DNA of 31,801 bases, taken from assembly GCF_006345805.1 (NCBI RefSeq), contig NW_021832217.1:1-31801 (forward strand), written 5' to 3'. The translations under genes were made by a program, and so were the position numbers. Positions 20,609 to 31,801 of this stretch are shown in pieces; positions within the stretch are counted from its first letter, which is position 1; each line of letters opens with the position of its first letter. Source of the stretch: Octopus sinensis. Lineage: Eukaryota. Under the pieces are notes generated by a model, which did not search any database, was not told the DNA's origin, and saw only the letters and a program-made list of their open reading frames with translations.

Positions 20609-23108
20609 TGTTGAATATAATCATAATTAACTGATCCTCCTGTATTTTGTTTTACCCAAAATCAGGAACTGTTCAGCACACCCTCGTTGATAGATTCATA
20701 TATACACATACACCATTGCACAGGTCAGTCAGAAATAGTCAATAAAAGGTATATGAATGTTATACTATGTGTGTGTGAGTTTGCTTGCTTGCTTGTATGC
20801 GTGTGTGTGTGTGTGTGTGTGTTTGTGGGTGAGTACATAAAAAATCTGTCATTGCATCTGGTCGCGTAAAGTTTCATAATACCTTGTTTAAAACTGAAGC
20901 GGCATATTACAAAACTTCTAGATTACGACATTAATTAAGTAATATGTCGCTGAGAGGAAAGAGGGTATTTCGCCTTATTTCATTACATACATATACACAC
21001 AGCCAGTCTCACATACAAACATAAATCCACACAAAAATATGCATACATACATACCTATACGAATGTATTTATAAATCTTTCTCATTCTCCGTGTATGTAT
21101 GTACACTCTCTATGTACACACATATTGTATAATATGTGTGTGTGAGTATGTGCGATTGTATATATCTTTAATATAAGAAATAATATATGACTGAAAACTA
21201 TAACTGAGCTCTGAATATTTACAGCCTTGACAATATTCGTACGTAAAAGGATACCATTTAATTACCTTCATTTTTTTTATAATCTACATACACACATGCA
21301 TTCCATTAGAAGCTGTGGTAACTTTCACGTTTGGAATTTGACACTGCAACGGGATTATTCATTGGCAAATGACACGAACTGTTACAATTTTAAGCTAAGA
21401 AAATTATAGCTTTAAATCTAATAAAATTGTTATTACTTTACACATTCTAGGTATACCATTCTTCAGTGTATAAAACTGACAGGTTTTTCACATAATGAAC
21501 GAAGCATCATGAAACTTGATTTAGCTTTTCAGTCGTAAAGTAACTCGTATTTTTCTTATGATCTACCACTGCTATGTCGTATGTCCAAACATTATATTGA
21601 ACATTTTGTATAATAAATTAACTCCAGGAAAGCAACTCTTCAAAATTTCCTCTTTTGCAATGGTTTCCATGTTACAACTAACCTTCAAAACTCGAATTAC
21701 TCATCCTCACTAACGTATTTTGTGAATAAGTCTAGCACTAGCCTACAAGAGGTCATATGCGTCCCTCTCCTTTGTTTATCAAATAAAGAAATATACACCC
21801 CAGTCTCTTTAGGTAAAAGAATATAAATCTGCTTTACCAAAAGCATTGAGACCTAGTGAAGAAATCATTATAATATATTGGTGTCCACAGAAACGGTGTA
21901 GTATTTTTGTTATATGTGTCAGATAAAAGAAAAAAGAGAAAAATGTGTTAATGTATATAATTAAAATATCTTTTAACCTTTTCGGTCAAAGGTGATTTGT
22001 CTGAACATTTCGATTATCGATGATTTTTCTGGCAATGGTTTATTTTATCTTACTTTTCTTTCTGTATTTCTAAAGATATTGTTTCACCTTATTCCTTATC
22101 ATCGATAATATTTCTCTACTCTCATCGTTGCCCCAATGAACAATCCTTGCCTATCAATATCCTTCCAACTTCTTGATGATCGATTTTAAACTTTTCCCCA
22201 GTTGCAATTTAAAAATGGATGCTACATAAATCATAGATTTTCTGTACTTAAATATTTTCCATTTGACCGATGGGCAATATTTATGAATCTAAGTTCATAC
22301 ATTAAAGTCAGCACTTAATCAGCACTTATTAAATGTTACACTATCGTTTTAACTCTTTGAGATAATAACACATATAACCAACAATAACTGCCTATCGTGT
22401 CGGACCGCACTAAATCGTAATAAAATATAACATACAAAATTTTATTACAATATACCACAGCATACTAAACAAAAACAATAAATTTACTATCGGATTGTAC
22501 CCGTGTATCTCTTAGGGCAAACATTCTCACTGACCTATCAAGATATATCTCAGGTTTGCATTGGTTCATGGAGACAATCGCATATAAATCCTGACTTTAT
22601 TTCTTTGTAGCTAAAACGTAACGAAAGTATACCATAGTCAACTTGACATTTAAACACTATTTCGCTATTAGTTTTTAAAATATTTCACTCATTTAAAAAT
22701 TTATATTTTGTAAACTATTACAGATTTTAAAGTTCGTGTTTGCTTGTCTTATATTTGCTACTAAAGTTTAGCATGTTGGTATTAAGTGTATTGCTAACTT
22801 TATCTTCAAAACTATTGCTCAAATATTGTGCGATTTAGGATTGTCCGTTCCCGCATATATTATGAATCCATTGCACAAATTATATGCAATCAAATACACA
22901 AGAAAGCCACCGGGGCTTAAACACAAAATCCACCATACAAATGGTAGTTTGTATGGTGTGTTGTACAAGCACACATATACACAGATACGTATATTTATAC
23001 AAATTTACTTACATAGAATATTGTATAAACATATGTATATGTATGTATGTGTACATATGTGTATATCTATATATATTATATTAATGCTCTCAGTATGTGT
23101 ACATATGC

Positions 23109-23184
23109 TCTCTCTCTCTTTCTCTTTCTCTCTCTCTCTCTTTCTCTTTCTCTCTCTCTCTCTTTCTCTTTCTCTCTCTCTCTA

Positions 23185-23240
<56 letters not shown>
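23109..23240. repeat. (CT)n then (AT)n microsatellite
   Basis: Directly visible. Confidence 0.95.
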
Positions 23241-23241
<1 letters not shown>

Positions 23242-23578
23242 CTGTAAATTAATATGTTACCATTATTCAATAGTCAAGATAAAACTCTGAGTTTCAGATG
23301 CCGAAGTGGAAATCCACAACACCATCTCTTCGGTTATCTGGCCATCTGAAAAACGCTATGAAAAAATACCGTTATATAAAGGGAAATTACTGTGTTATAA
23401 TTCCGCTACTTATATAAATCAAGATTAAATGTTCATAGTAAACACGTAAACATGGCTACTCATGCGCTCACATATTAATATTAATATGGTAACATATTAA
23501 TTTATAGATGAATTTCCTCTATTTACATAATATTGAGGTCTCTTTCTTTCTTTTGTTATCTTACCGTTTTTTACCAAC
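23240..23578 (-). mobile_element. Putative Penelope-type pseudo-LTR / retrozyme-like element between (AT)n tracts
   Basis: Bounded by (AT)n on both sides; 24-bp inverted repeat (23240-23263 and 23486-23509, 1 mismatch); contains a hammerhead-like fold. The PLE assignment is inference. Confidence 0.45.
23277..23339 (-). ncRNA. Degenerate type-I hammerhead ribozyme fold
   Basis: AGAUAA-CCGAAGA-GAUG..CAUC-U-GAAACUC-A-GAGUU-UUAUCU: perfect 6-bp stem I, GUU site; U4>C and a one-nucleotide register defect at stem II. Confidence 0.5.
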
Positions 23579-23946
23579 ATATATATATATATATATATAT
23601 ATTGGGAGTTACATATATGGACCAAAACAGTTTGATTCAAATTAGTTGGTACACTTGAGTTTCAAGTGTGATGCTAGTCGTCAGCCATTTTAAATTCAAA
23701 ATAGCTGATGACCATTATTTATACCTCGTCTTGTATATCACTCTGTGCAAAAACCAGTTTGACTGGAGCACAACCACGGATTTGCAATATAGAATGGTGA
23801 TGGACCCTGCCATAAAATCTTGGACCCTGACGTAAGAATACCTGGACATTTTTACTAATCTAAACAATATTGTAAGCCTGATGTGCCAACATAAAATTTA
23901 TGTAGTATTTTGCCCGGATTGATAATCCCTCACCAGTAACTCTGTT

Positions 23947-23993
<47 letters not shown>

Positions 23994-24699
23994 CGTATAT
24001 GTGTGCGTATGTTTATAATATGTATATATCTATATTTTTGTGTTTTACTCTTATAATGGTTTCAGTCATTGGACAGTAGCAGCACTTTTAGTCAATAGTA
24101 TCGTAATATTTTTCTGGTAATATTTGTCTGGTAATATTTCCTCGTTATACATTTATAGAATTGCTAAATTTGGTGTTGTCATAGAGAGATAAAGCACGGT
24201 TGGTTGCTTCGTATTGCTGAATGTTGACAGATTCAGGGACATACGCATACACGGACAAGTAAACAGACAAACACAGAAACATACGCAAATAAATATTTTT
24301 TACACGCGCCGACATTTATGACGACAAATATGTTTCGCTTAAATGTGTTTTAAATGCTCGTAAAATTGCGTTAATACATACAAAACTACGTTTACTTTTA
24401 AATACAGTTTACTTTTAAATACAGATATTTACAAGGTATAATAAAATTTAGACGAAACAACTTTAAAAGAATAAAAATAACGCCAATATCTGCTTCAGTA
24501 GTAGACAGACTAACATTAAGTTAATGTCATTTTGGTATTCTCTGAGCATCTCGCATCATTGTTTAAGTTCTTATTGCTCATCTCTTTATTTTGAGTCGAT
24601 GGAATATATTTGTGTATTTCACTTCCGGTTTGAAATTGTTTTTAAGAAACAAATTATCGCTATATTGTGTGACGCTTTTCTCCATGTGTGCGTATACAT

Positions 24700-24991
24700 A
24701 CACACACACGCGCACGCACACACACACGCACGCACACACATATATACATACATACACAGACACACATAAATATAGTGTTATACGTATATATGTCTATGTA
24801 CATGCATGTATACATATGTATATGCATATACATATCTAAGTGTATGTATGTATATGTATTATATATATATATTACATATTATATTATATATTTGTATTGT
24901 TATATATATATTATATATAGATACATATATATATTACATATATATATATACATATAATATATATATACATATATATATATCTATCTATATC

Positions 24992-25077
<86 letters not shown>
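24700..25077. repeat. (CA)n/(TA)n compound microsatellite
   Basis: Directly visible. Confidence 0.9.
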
Positions 25078-25079
<2 letters not shown>

Positions 25080-25089
25080 AACATTTGCC

Positions 25090-25290
25090 GTTGGCGAGTC
25101 CGTGCGTTATGAAGCTTACTGGCCAACTAGTTGTCTTGGGTTCAGCCCGACCTTGCCTTGGGAAAGTGTCTTTTACTACAGCCCCGGGGCCGACGATAAA
25201 CTTGCGAGTGAAAACCTGATTTGTTTACGTCTTCTGAACTTCGCGGTCCACCAAAAATGCGTCGATAGAATGAAATACCAGACTTAAAAA
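25090..25290 (+). mobile_element. Family B SINE, old, internally deleted
   Basis: GGGTTCAGCCC B-box, CCTTGGGAAAGTGTCTTTTACTA CORE-like motif, joined directly to the GTTTACGTC 3' part with the microsatellite missing. Confidence 0.6.
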
Positions 25291-25310
25291 GAACATACAA
25301 ACAAATAAAC

Positions 25311-25520
25311 CTTTCTACTATAGGTACGGAACCCGAAATTTGGAGGAGAGGGATGAACGATTACATCGACCCCAGTGTGTAACTAGTACTTAATTCATTC
25401 ACCTAGAAAGGATGAAAGGCTAAGACAACCTGGGTAGAATTCGAACCCAGAAAGTAACGACGGGCGAAATGCCGCTAAGCATTTCGTCCAGCGCGCTAAC
25501 GATTCTGCCAGCTCGCCGCC
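25311..25520 (-). mobile_element. Family A SINE
   Basis: Minus strand head GGCGGCGAGCTGGCAGAATCG; possible TSD ACAAACAAATAA at 25297-25308 and 25528-25539. Confidence 0.85.
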
Positions 25521-25819
25521 CTAAAAAACAAACAAATAATATGAAGGTTAGGATCTTTCACAAAACACTTGAAGGCATTGACCCAGCAAAGCTGCAGTCC
25601 AGAGGCTGAAAGAAGTAAAGGGTTAATACACACATACCCAGACACTCACACACACACACATAGACACAACACACACAAACACATATTTATATGTGCGCGT
25701 ATACCTGCGTGTGGACGCACACGTCTTTTGCATGTGTTTATGTATGTGGTCCATAAATGCATGCAGAATTAGAAAACGTCATATAATTAGTAATATGGAA
25801 GCATTTTAATCTATCTGTG

Positions 25820-25974
25820 TGTTTGTGTAAATGTGTATGTATATACATATATATTTTTTTATATATTCATATATACATACGCAAGTATGTACTTCATAAA
25901 TGCACATTAATACTTTATGTAAATATGCAGTATAGATATATACATATATACATATATATATATTGCGTATACGA

Positions 25975-26005
<31 letters not shown>

Positions 26006-26056
26006 TTTATATATACACATATACATATATATATATATGTATATATATATAATATA

Positions 26057-26100
<44 letters not shown>

Positions 26101-26362
26101 GTTAATTTAGAAATAGGATAAGATCTTCATAAGAAATTATCAAGTAGTTAATGTGAAACACCTCATAAGAGAAAAAAATCTGTAAATTGTTCTCTTGAAT
26201 ATATTTATTTATATTATATAGAGGGCATTATTACACATAAATGCCGCACGCTAGTATATATATATGTATATATTATAGTATATATATATATATATATATG
26301 ATATATATATATGTATATATGTATATATGTATATTATATATATATGTATATATGTATGCATG

Positions 26363-26395
<33 letters not shown>

Positions 26396-26400
26396 CACAT
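25820..26400. repeat. Degenerate (TA)n-rich tracts
   Basis: Directly visible, interrupted by AT-rich unique sequence at ~26100-26250. Confidence 0.85.
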
Positions 26401-26909
26401 GTTCTTATACATTTAAGCGCAAATATATGAACACTGCACTTAACACCGTTTTCGGACACAATTACTTATGGAGGTCACTAGAAAGACACGCGCACACACC
26501 CAGAAGAAATGTTTGGATCTGTCTACTTAGAAACAAACTCTGAACTCTCCTACTACTAAACCAAGACCTGCCTGGCATTTACACGTTAACCTATCGACTC
26601 AATGTAATCCTGGTTGATTAATCATTTATTTCTTGGAGCTTCCTTTGGCAGTTAAGGGGCAAATTTAACCCTTTTTTCACCACTCAACTGGACATCTATA
26701 CGTAGAGAATTATTGACAATCTCCTTCCGGAAACTCCCGATCGTTTTGAAGTTATTGACCATACAAATTTCTTGAAATTTTCCCCAGCCGGAGAAGGATG
26801 ATTAAAAATCTGACCACACAGCTGTCGACTTTTAACCAGAAATTGTCGGTATATTTGGTTTATCGTTATATTCAAGATAGTCTTTTTGCTGTATTAATAT
26901 ATTCTCTAA

Positions 26910-27123
26910 AAGCAGTCAGAATTGTTACTACGCCGGGCAAAATGCTTCGCTATGTTACTTCTTGCTCACTACGTTCTGAGTTCAAATGACACCGAGTTCG
27001 ACTTACCTTTCGTCTTTTCGAGGTCGATAAAATAAGTACCAACCCAGTACTGGGGTTGATGTATTCGATTTCTCCTCTTCTCAAAACATTGCTGGCTCTG
27101 CGGTAAAATCAAAAACTAATATT
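26910..27123 (+). mobile_element. Family A SINE (diverged)
   Basis: GCCGGGCAAAATGCTT...CTGAGTTCAAAT...GGTCGATAAAATAAGTACC...GTACTGGGGTTGATG. Confidence 0.75.
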
Positions 27124-27130
27124 ATATCTA

Positions 27131-27285
27131 TTGCGAGCTAGCAGAATCGTTACCACGCCGCGCAAAATGCATAGATATATATATCTTTGCATTTCTTTAC
27201 ATTCCGATTTCACAAAACACCGAGGTCCACTTTTTCCCGTCACATCAAAATTGTTTCTTTTGTGCCAAAATTAGAAAGAATTGTT
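27131..27285 (+). mobile_element. Family A SINE remnant, tandem to the previous copy
   Basis: GCGAGCTAGCAGAATCGTTA...GCAAAATGC head with deleted body. Confidence 0.55.
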
Positions 27286-27699
27286 GTATTCACTGCAACT
27301 GACATCCCTCATCGTAATGCTGTTATTCACGGAATTGATTTCTAGGCAACTAGTTCGATTCATTCTCATTTTCCATTCCACTTCGTAGAAACACTTGCCT
27401 ATAAAAACTATAAACATTATCTTTTATAAATTCAAATCATATCATCTCATGTAGAACAATGTTTACAATGTGAGATTGGAATTTTTTGTATGTTCATGAC
27501 TGTGTTTACCTTATATTCATTCTGCTGCATAAAATAAAGAAAAATCAGGTTTATTCAATACAAATTCATATGTGAACTCTCTTATAAGTAGACACATTTG
27601 TTGCGAAGTAAAATTTACATAGCACAACTTGTACCATAGTCATTGTCGTAGTTCCTCTCCAGCAGTCTTGGGTGTAATATGTTTCTTCATACATATACA

Positions 27700-27890
27700 C
27701 ACAGATACATACCCAAACTATATATATATTATAGAATATATATATATATACGTGTGTGTGTGTGTGTGTGGTGTGTGTGTGTGTGTGGTGTGATGTATGT
27801 ATGTATATGTATATATAAATTTACATATATAATGCATAATATATATATATATACATATATATACGTACATATATATACATACACACATAT
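27700..27890. repeat. (TA)/(TG) compound microsatellite
   Basis: Directly visible. Confidence 0.9.
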
Positions 27891-27933
27891 AAATCGAGGT
27901 GTACAGTATTGTATTTATATATCCATGACGGCT

Positions 27934-28018
27934 GATCTTACCGATCGGTTTCGCACTCGGGTTTCAACGGGGTGTTAGATAACAGTACGTTTGTGTAACT
28001 ATGCGCTCTTCAGAGCTC
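27934..28018 (-). ncRNA. Type-I hammerhead ribozyme (canonical core, palindromic stem III)
   Basis: GAGCU-CUGAAGA-GCGC...GUGC-GAAA-CCGAUCGG-UA-AGAUC: intact CUGANGA and GAAA, 4-bp stem II closed by G-C, ACCGAUCGGU palindrome, GUA cleavage triplet, stem I 4/5 bp. Confidence 0.75.
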
Positions 28019-28389
28019 TCTATTGTTCGAGGTGAAAAGACACAAACATCGTTTCCTGTGAAACGAACCGAGAAAGCGTTAACGTAAGAGTTATATCCCT
28101 TGGGATCAAAGCGGCCTCTGGGGTAGTTGCATGTCAACAAGAGTTTCCTGAAAAATGTGTATCGGAAATGAGTTCATGTTTTATATATTATATATATATA
28201 TATATATATAATATACAGATATGGAAATATTTTTATTCTCAAACATATTAATGATAATAATGCTTAATAGCATAACTAAGATAGAACCACCTTATATTGT
28301 TTACATACATCATAATATATATATATATATGGTAATATGTACTACATGTCACCCACCAGATGTGGCAAATCAAAGGGGCTCTTTCTAAG

Positions 28390-28544
28390 GGGCCCTCAAA
28401 ATGATGGAAGAAATATTAACCAATCTAGATGATAACCTTCACATACTTCATCTAGAAGATTTCAACCTCTCTAATGTCAAAAGTCTCTGTTTGACTTCAA
28501 AGAGATGCTATTTATGGATAAAAAATTACTTCACTCGACAAGAG
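28390..28544 (+). other. Candidate exon of unknown gene
   Basis: Acceptor CTCTTTCTAAG, donor GAG|GTAAAT, open frame ALKMMEEILTNLDDNLHILHLEDF...FTRQE; not recognised. Confidence 0.2.
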
Positions 28545-28783
28545 GTAAATATATAAGTCGATTGAAAGAACTGAGTTCACAGTCAACTTGAGTTTCAGAA
28601 AAAAATGACCTTAGTCTCAGTGTAGGGTCAAAGTAGTAGTAACTGTTCAGCTCCCCTTTTTAAAATTGCTTTAAGATAACATTATTATTTTAGCACACAT
28701 ACAGGCAAACGTGCAACAGTCTTTTGCGTGGTTTCTGTGAACCAAATTTTATTCACTGACAAACTGGAAGTTCTGGGGGAACC

Positions 28784-29086
28784 TACTACTACTATGGCAA
28801 TCTCTCAAGGTCGAGGATGATGGTCTTCGCACAAATTTATTGGTGAGTCCGCAGGTGACTGATAAGACCAATTCTTGCTCGAAAAGATCGGTCACAGTGC
28901 GGACATCTAGTGCCGGAAGGGAGAGTCGCACGTGGTTGTTGTTGGCGCTCCTTCCGTCGTCGTCTTTTCTCCTCCAGCTCTGCAGACCTTTTCGACTCGA
29001 AATTCGCCGTTCCCTCATGGATGGTGGTTTTCCAGAGTGAACCCCTCCTCCACGTGGTGCAGACTGGGCAACGCGAACAAGCCAGC
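28784..29086 (-). mobile_element. 5'-truncated RTE-BovB-like LINE stub with C2H2 finger, (TAG)n tail and 12-bp TSD
   Basis: SLWKTTIHEG..FE.KR...EEKRRRRKER...CPHCDRSFRARIGLISHLRTHQ* (stop 28837-28839); TCTGGGGGAACC at 28772-28783 and 29087-29098. Confidence 0.85.
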
Positions 29087-29499
29087 TCTGGGGGAACCAC
29101 TGCGCAGAGAAATCGAACTCGTCCCGAAATCACGTTGTTGTGAGAGTTAATATCTTAAAAAAAATAATGAACAGCTATCCTTGTACTCAACATCACGAAT
29201 ATTTTTACAATACATAATGCTATGGATTACTTTTTTTTTTCCTGAAATTCTTTAGCTATTTCCAACGTTGGGGGGGGGGGGGTCTCTTCACCTAACTTAA
29301 GATTAACGAAAAAAAAAAAAATTAAGCAATATGAGTTGTTTTCCTATCGTTTATATTTATGCTGTTTTATTTGTTTTTAGACATGATTTATGGATTTTAA
29401 ATATTTCGAAAATATTGCTTTTAGTCAAATTTTTGATGCATTGCACTCTTCTTCAATGTCATTGAATACTTCTATGTCACCTAAAAATCTCCGAAAACC

Positions 29500-29674
<175 letters not shown>

Positions 29675-29821
29675 TCACTACAAAATTTTATTTTTCGAGA
29701 AGCTTTATTATGACAAATGATTTTTGCGACAACTGTCAAACTATTACACTTGAAGGACAGTTGCAATTTTCTGATATCTGATATCTGTTACTTTATCAAT
29801 TTTGTAAGATTTATTTTAAAG

Positions 29822-30469
29822 CGTATTTCGAAAAATTATATGAAGCCTCACGCTAAGATCACCACAATGACAACAACGACGACGACCACCACCACCACAC
29901 CATCAACACTACCAACAAGAACATCCATAATAACAGGCCAACGAGTAAGTTTTGATGTGATCATTTGGTTTACTAGAAATAGTAGCCAATATCTTTCTCA
30001 AATTCAAACCTTTTGTTTTAGAAAGGAGCTTGTGAGATAATGTAGCCCTTGGTTCCCCTGCATATAGATAAAATCACGATGGTTACGGTTGAAGTGCTAT
30101 TTCTAATAGGCCTGCTTGATCAAAGCAGCCTTATTAGAAATTACAACAACACTAACAGCAAAAATGACAAAGTGCTTTACGTTATAGATTCTACATTGTC
30201 ATTCAACCTACTACAGGAAGCAGCCAAAACTCGCTCAAATTTGAACCTTCTCTTTTACGAATGGAAATGGAACATTAGATAATGTACTCACAGACATACT
30301 TCTATGAATAACACATGGTTATAAAAGGAACACCTTTGATCGAAACGTCGCACTGTTAGAGTCAACACGGCGCTTAATGTCAATAACAACGCCAGCACTT
30401 ATAATATCACAGCAATTACAGATGATTTTTAAAAATGGTCGAGTCTTCAAATCATATCCCTCCGTCTTG
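29822..30469 (+). pseudogene. Possible ionotropic-receptor-like N-terminal-domain relic (two candidate exons, 29822-29944 and 30022-30469)
   Basis: AG/GT-bounded segments with a 77-bp intron; second segment DKITMVTVEVLFL...LIRNYNNTNSKNDKVLYVIDSTLSFNLLQEA...LFYEWKW, then TLDNV, L*SKRR and KNGRVF in shifted frames; similar to 19255-19772. Confidence 0.35.
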
Positions 30470-30584
30470 GTAAAGGAAGGACGCACTGAATAATAACGTT
30501 TTATTTGATATAATTTAATTGGAAGACTGGATAATCGCCTCTGGAAAGCTGTTGGTCAATAGTTTCTTAGGAGTGGAGATGACA

Positions 30585-30616
30585 CACACACATATATATA
30601 TATACATATATATATA

Positions 30617-30647
<31 letters not shown>

Positions 30648-30890
30648 GTGTGTGTGCGTGTGTATGTGCGTGTGTATGTGTATTTGTATGTTTGTATTTG
30701 TCCTCCCACCATCGCTTGACAACTGATGTTGGTGCGTTTACATCCCCGTAACCTAGCGGTTCGGTTAAAAGATCGATAGAATAAGTTCTAGGCTTACAAA
30801 AAAATAAGTCCCGGAGTCGATGTGTTCGAATAAAGGCGGTGCTCCACCATGGCTGCAGTAAAATGACTGAAACAAGTCAAAGAATAAAGA
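30585..30890 (+). mobile_element. Family B SINE 3' half (microsatellite + tail; head absent)
   Basis: TTTGTCCTCCCACCATCGCTTGACAACTGATG...GTAACCTAGCGGTTCGG...GACTGAAACAAGT matches 12860-13040. Confidence 0.8.
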
Positions 30891-30977
30891 TATATATATA
30901 TAGATATATATATATATATATTACTATATATATACTATATATATATATGGTATATATATGGTATATGGACTTATATA

Positions 30978-31028
<51 letters not shown>

Positions 31029-31038
31029 AGATAATATT

Positions 31039-31073
<35 letters not shown>

Positions 31074-31313
31074 GAAATAAGTGGAGTAACAACAAAGAGT
31101 ACGGTTCGGATATTTATTTTTTTAATAGCCACAATTTTTTCCAATTATCTATTCACACCCAACAAATGTCCAAACGCAAAACAAAGTAGAAGTACGTATA
31201 ATGCATATTGGATAGCACATAGTAAATCTGAAGGTGGACGAGCTTTATACCTGTACTGTACTGTACTGCGTTCTTAACGAATATGGCATAACCATATATA
31301 TTATATATATATA

Positions 31314-31355
<42 letters not shown>

Positions 31356-31444
31356 GTGTGTGCTGGATGTATATATATATATATATATATTATATATACA
31401 TACACACACATATATATATATAATATAATATATATATATATGTA

Positions 31445-31494
<50 letters not shown>

Positions 31495-31560
31495 TGTATA
31501 TATTAGTTGGAAAAATATTAGAGGTGTAAACAAATCAATATTTATATATATGTATATATA
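30890..31560. repeat. (TA)n/(TG)n tracts
   Basis: Directly visible at ~30890-31072 and ~31280-31560. Confidence 0.85.
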
Positions 31561-31801
31561 TGTCTTCAGTTATAACAGGGAAAACTGGAAAAAAAAATAA
31601 TTAAATAAAATATAAAAGATGGAGGTGGAAATTGGCACAGGTTTAAGTCTAAGACATTTCAATTTAAGGGGGAGAGTTAATAAAAAAATATATATATATA
31701 AAGAAATATTACGGGTTCGATGTACTTATCTTATCAAATAAAGTAAAAATTTATAAAAATTTGAAGTAAAAACAGTTCATCTTCTATCTCGGGGTGAAGA
31801 A

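Larger units (their letters stand above)
19845..20688 (+). mobile_element. Mariner-derived MITE interrupted by nested insertions
   Basis: Degenerate TIRs CTAGGGGGGTACTGAAAATTTCCTGGCTTT (19847-19876, after TA) and AAAATCAGGAACTGTTCAGCACACCCTCG (20658-20686), about 22/30 matches; joined interior encodes LKNRCNKFLNLRSGYVE, like a mariner transposase C-terminus. Confidence 0.75.

Noticed and set aside
20898-20951. 13-bp inverted repeat AGCGGCATATTAC / GTAATATGTCGCT
   Set aside because: Short, AT-context and unsupported by other structure; may be chance or an old MITE remnant.
22080-22200. HQEVGRILIGKD..HW resembles a C2-domain end
   Set aside because: It needs a frameshift, has an upstream in-frame stop and lacks consistent splice sites.
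23641-23690. Minus-strand CTGACGA...GAAAC
   Set aside because: No stem II can form and stem I is at most 3 bp; better explained by the twin hairpins.

Overview
AT-rich, microsatellite-laden eukaryotic DNA, most likely cephalopod (Octopus-like; inferred from the style of its tRNA-derived SINEs and microsatellite load, not from a search). I cannot support any intact protein-coding gene; most ORFs in the track are microsatellite or retroelement artefacts. The window holds about 15 copies of four tRNA-headed SINE families, a near full-length frameshifted RTE LINE (13718-18555, minus) with a PHD-like finger inside its RT and a five-fold reiterated stop-codon/3'UTR block, three R4/Dong-like RLE LINE fragments, a Penelope-like GIY-YIG fragment, an RTE-BovB-like stub with TSD, a triple nest (mariner MITE > Helitron-like element > SINE with TSD) and a 181-bp foldback. 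Most notable: two type-I hammerhead-ribozyme folds on the minus strand in short repeats embedded among (AT)n tracts (27934-28018, canonical core; 23277-23339, degenerate), and decayed segments resembling two head-to-head paralogous ionotropic-receptor-like genes. All family assignments are by eye; no database searches or folding programs were run, and many boundaries are approximate.
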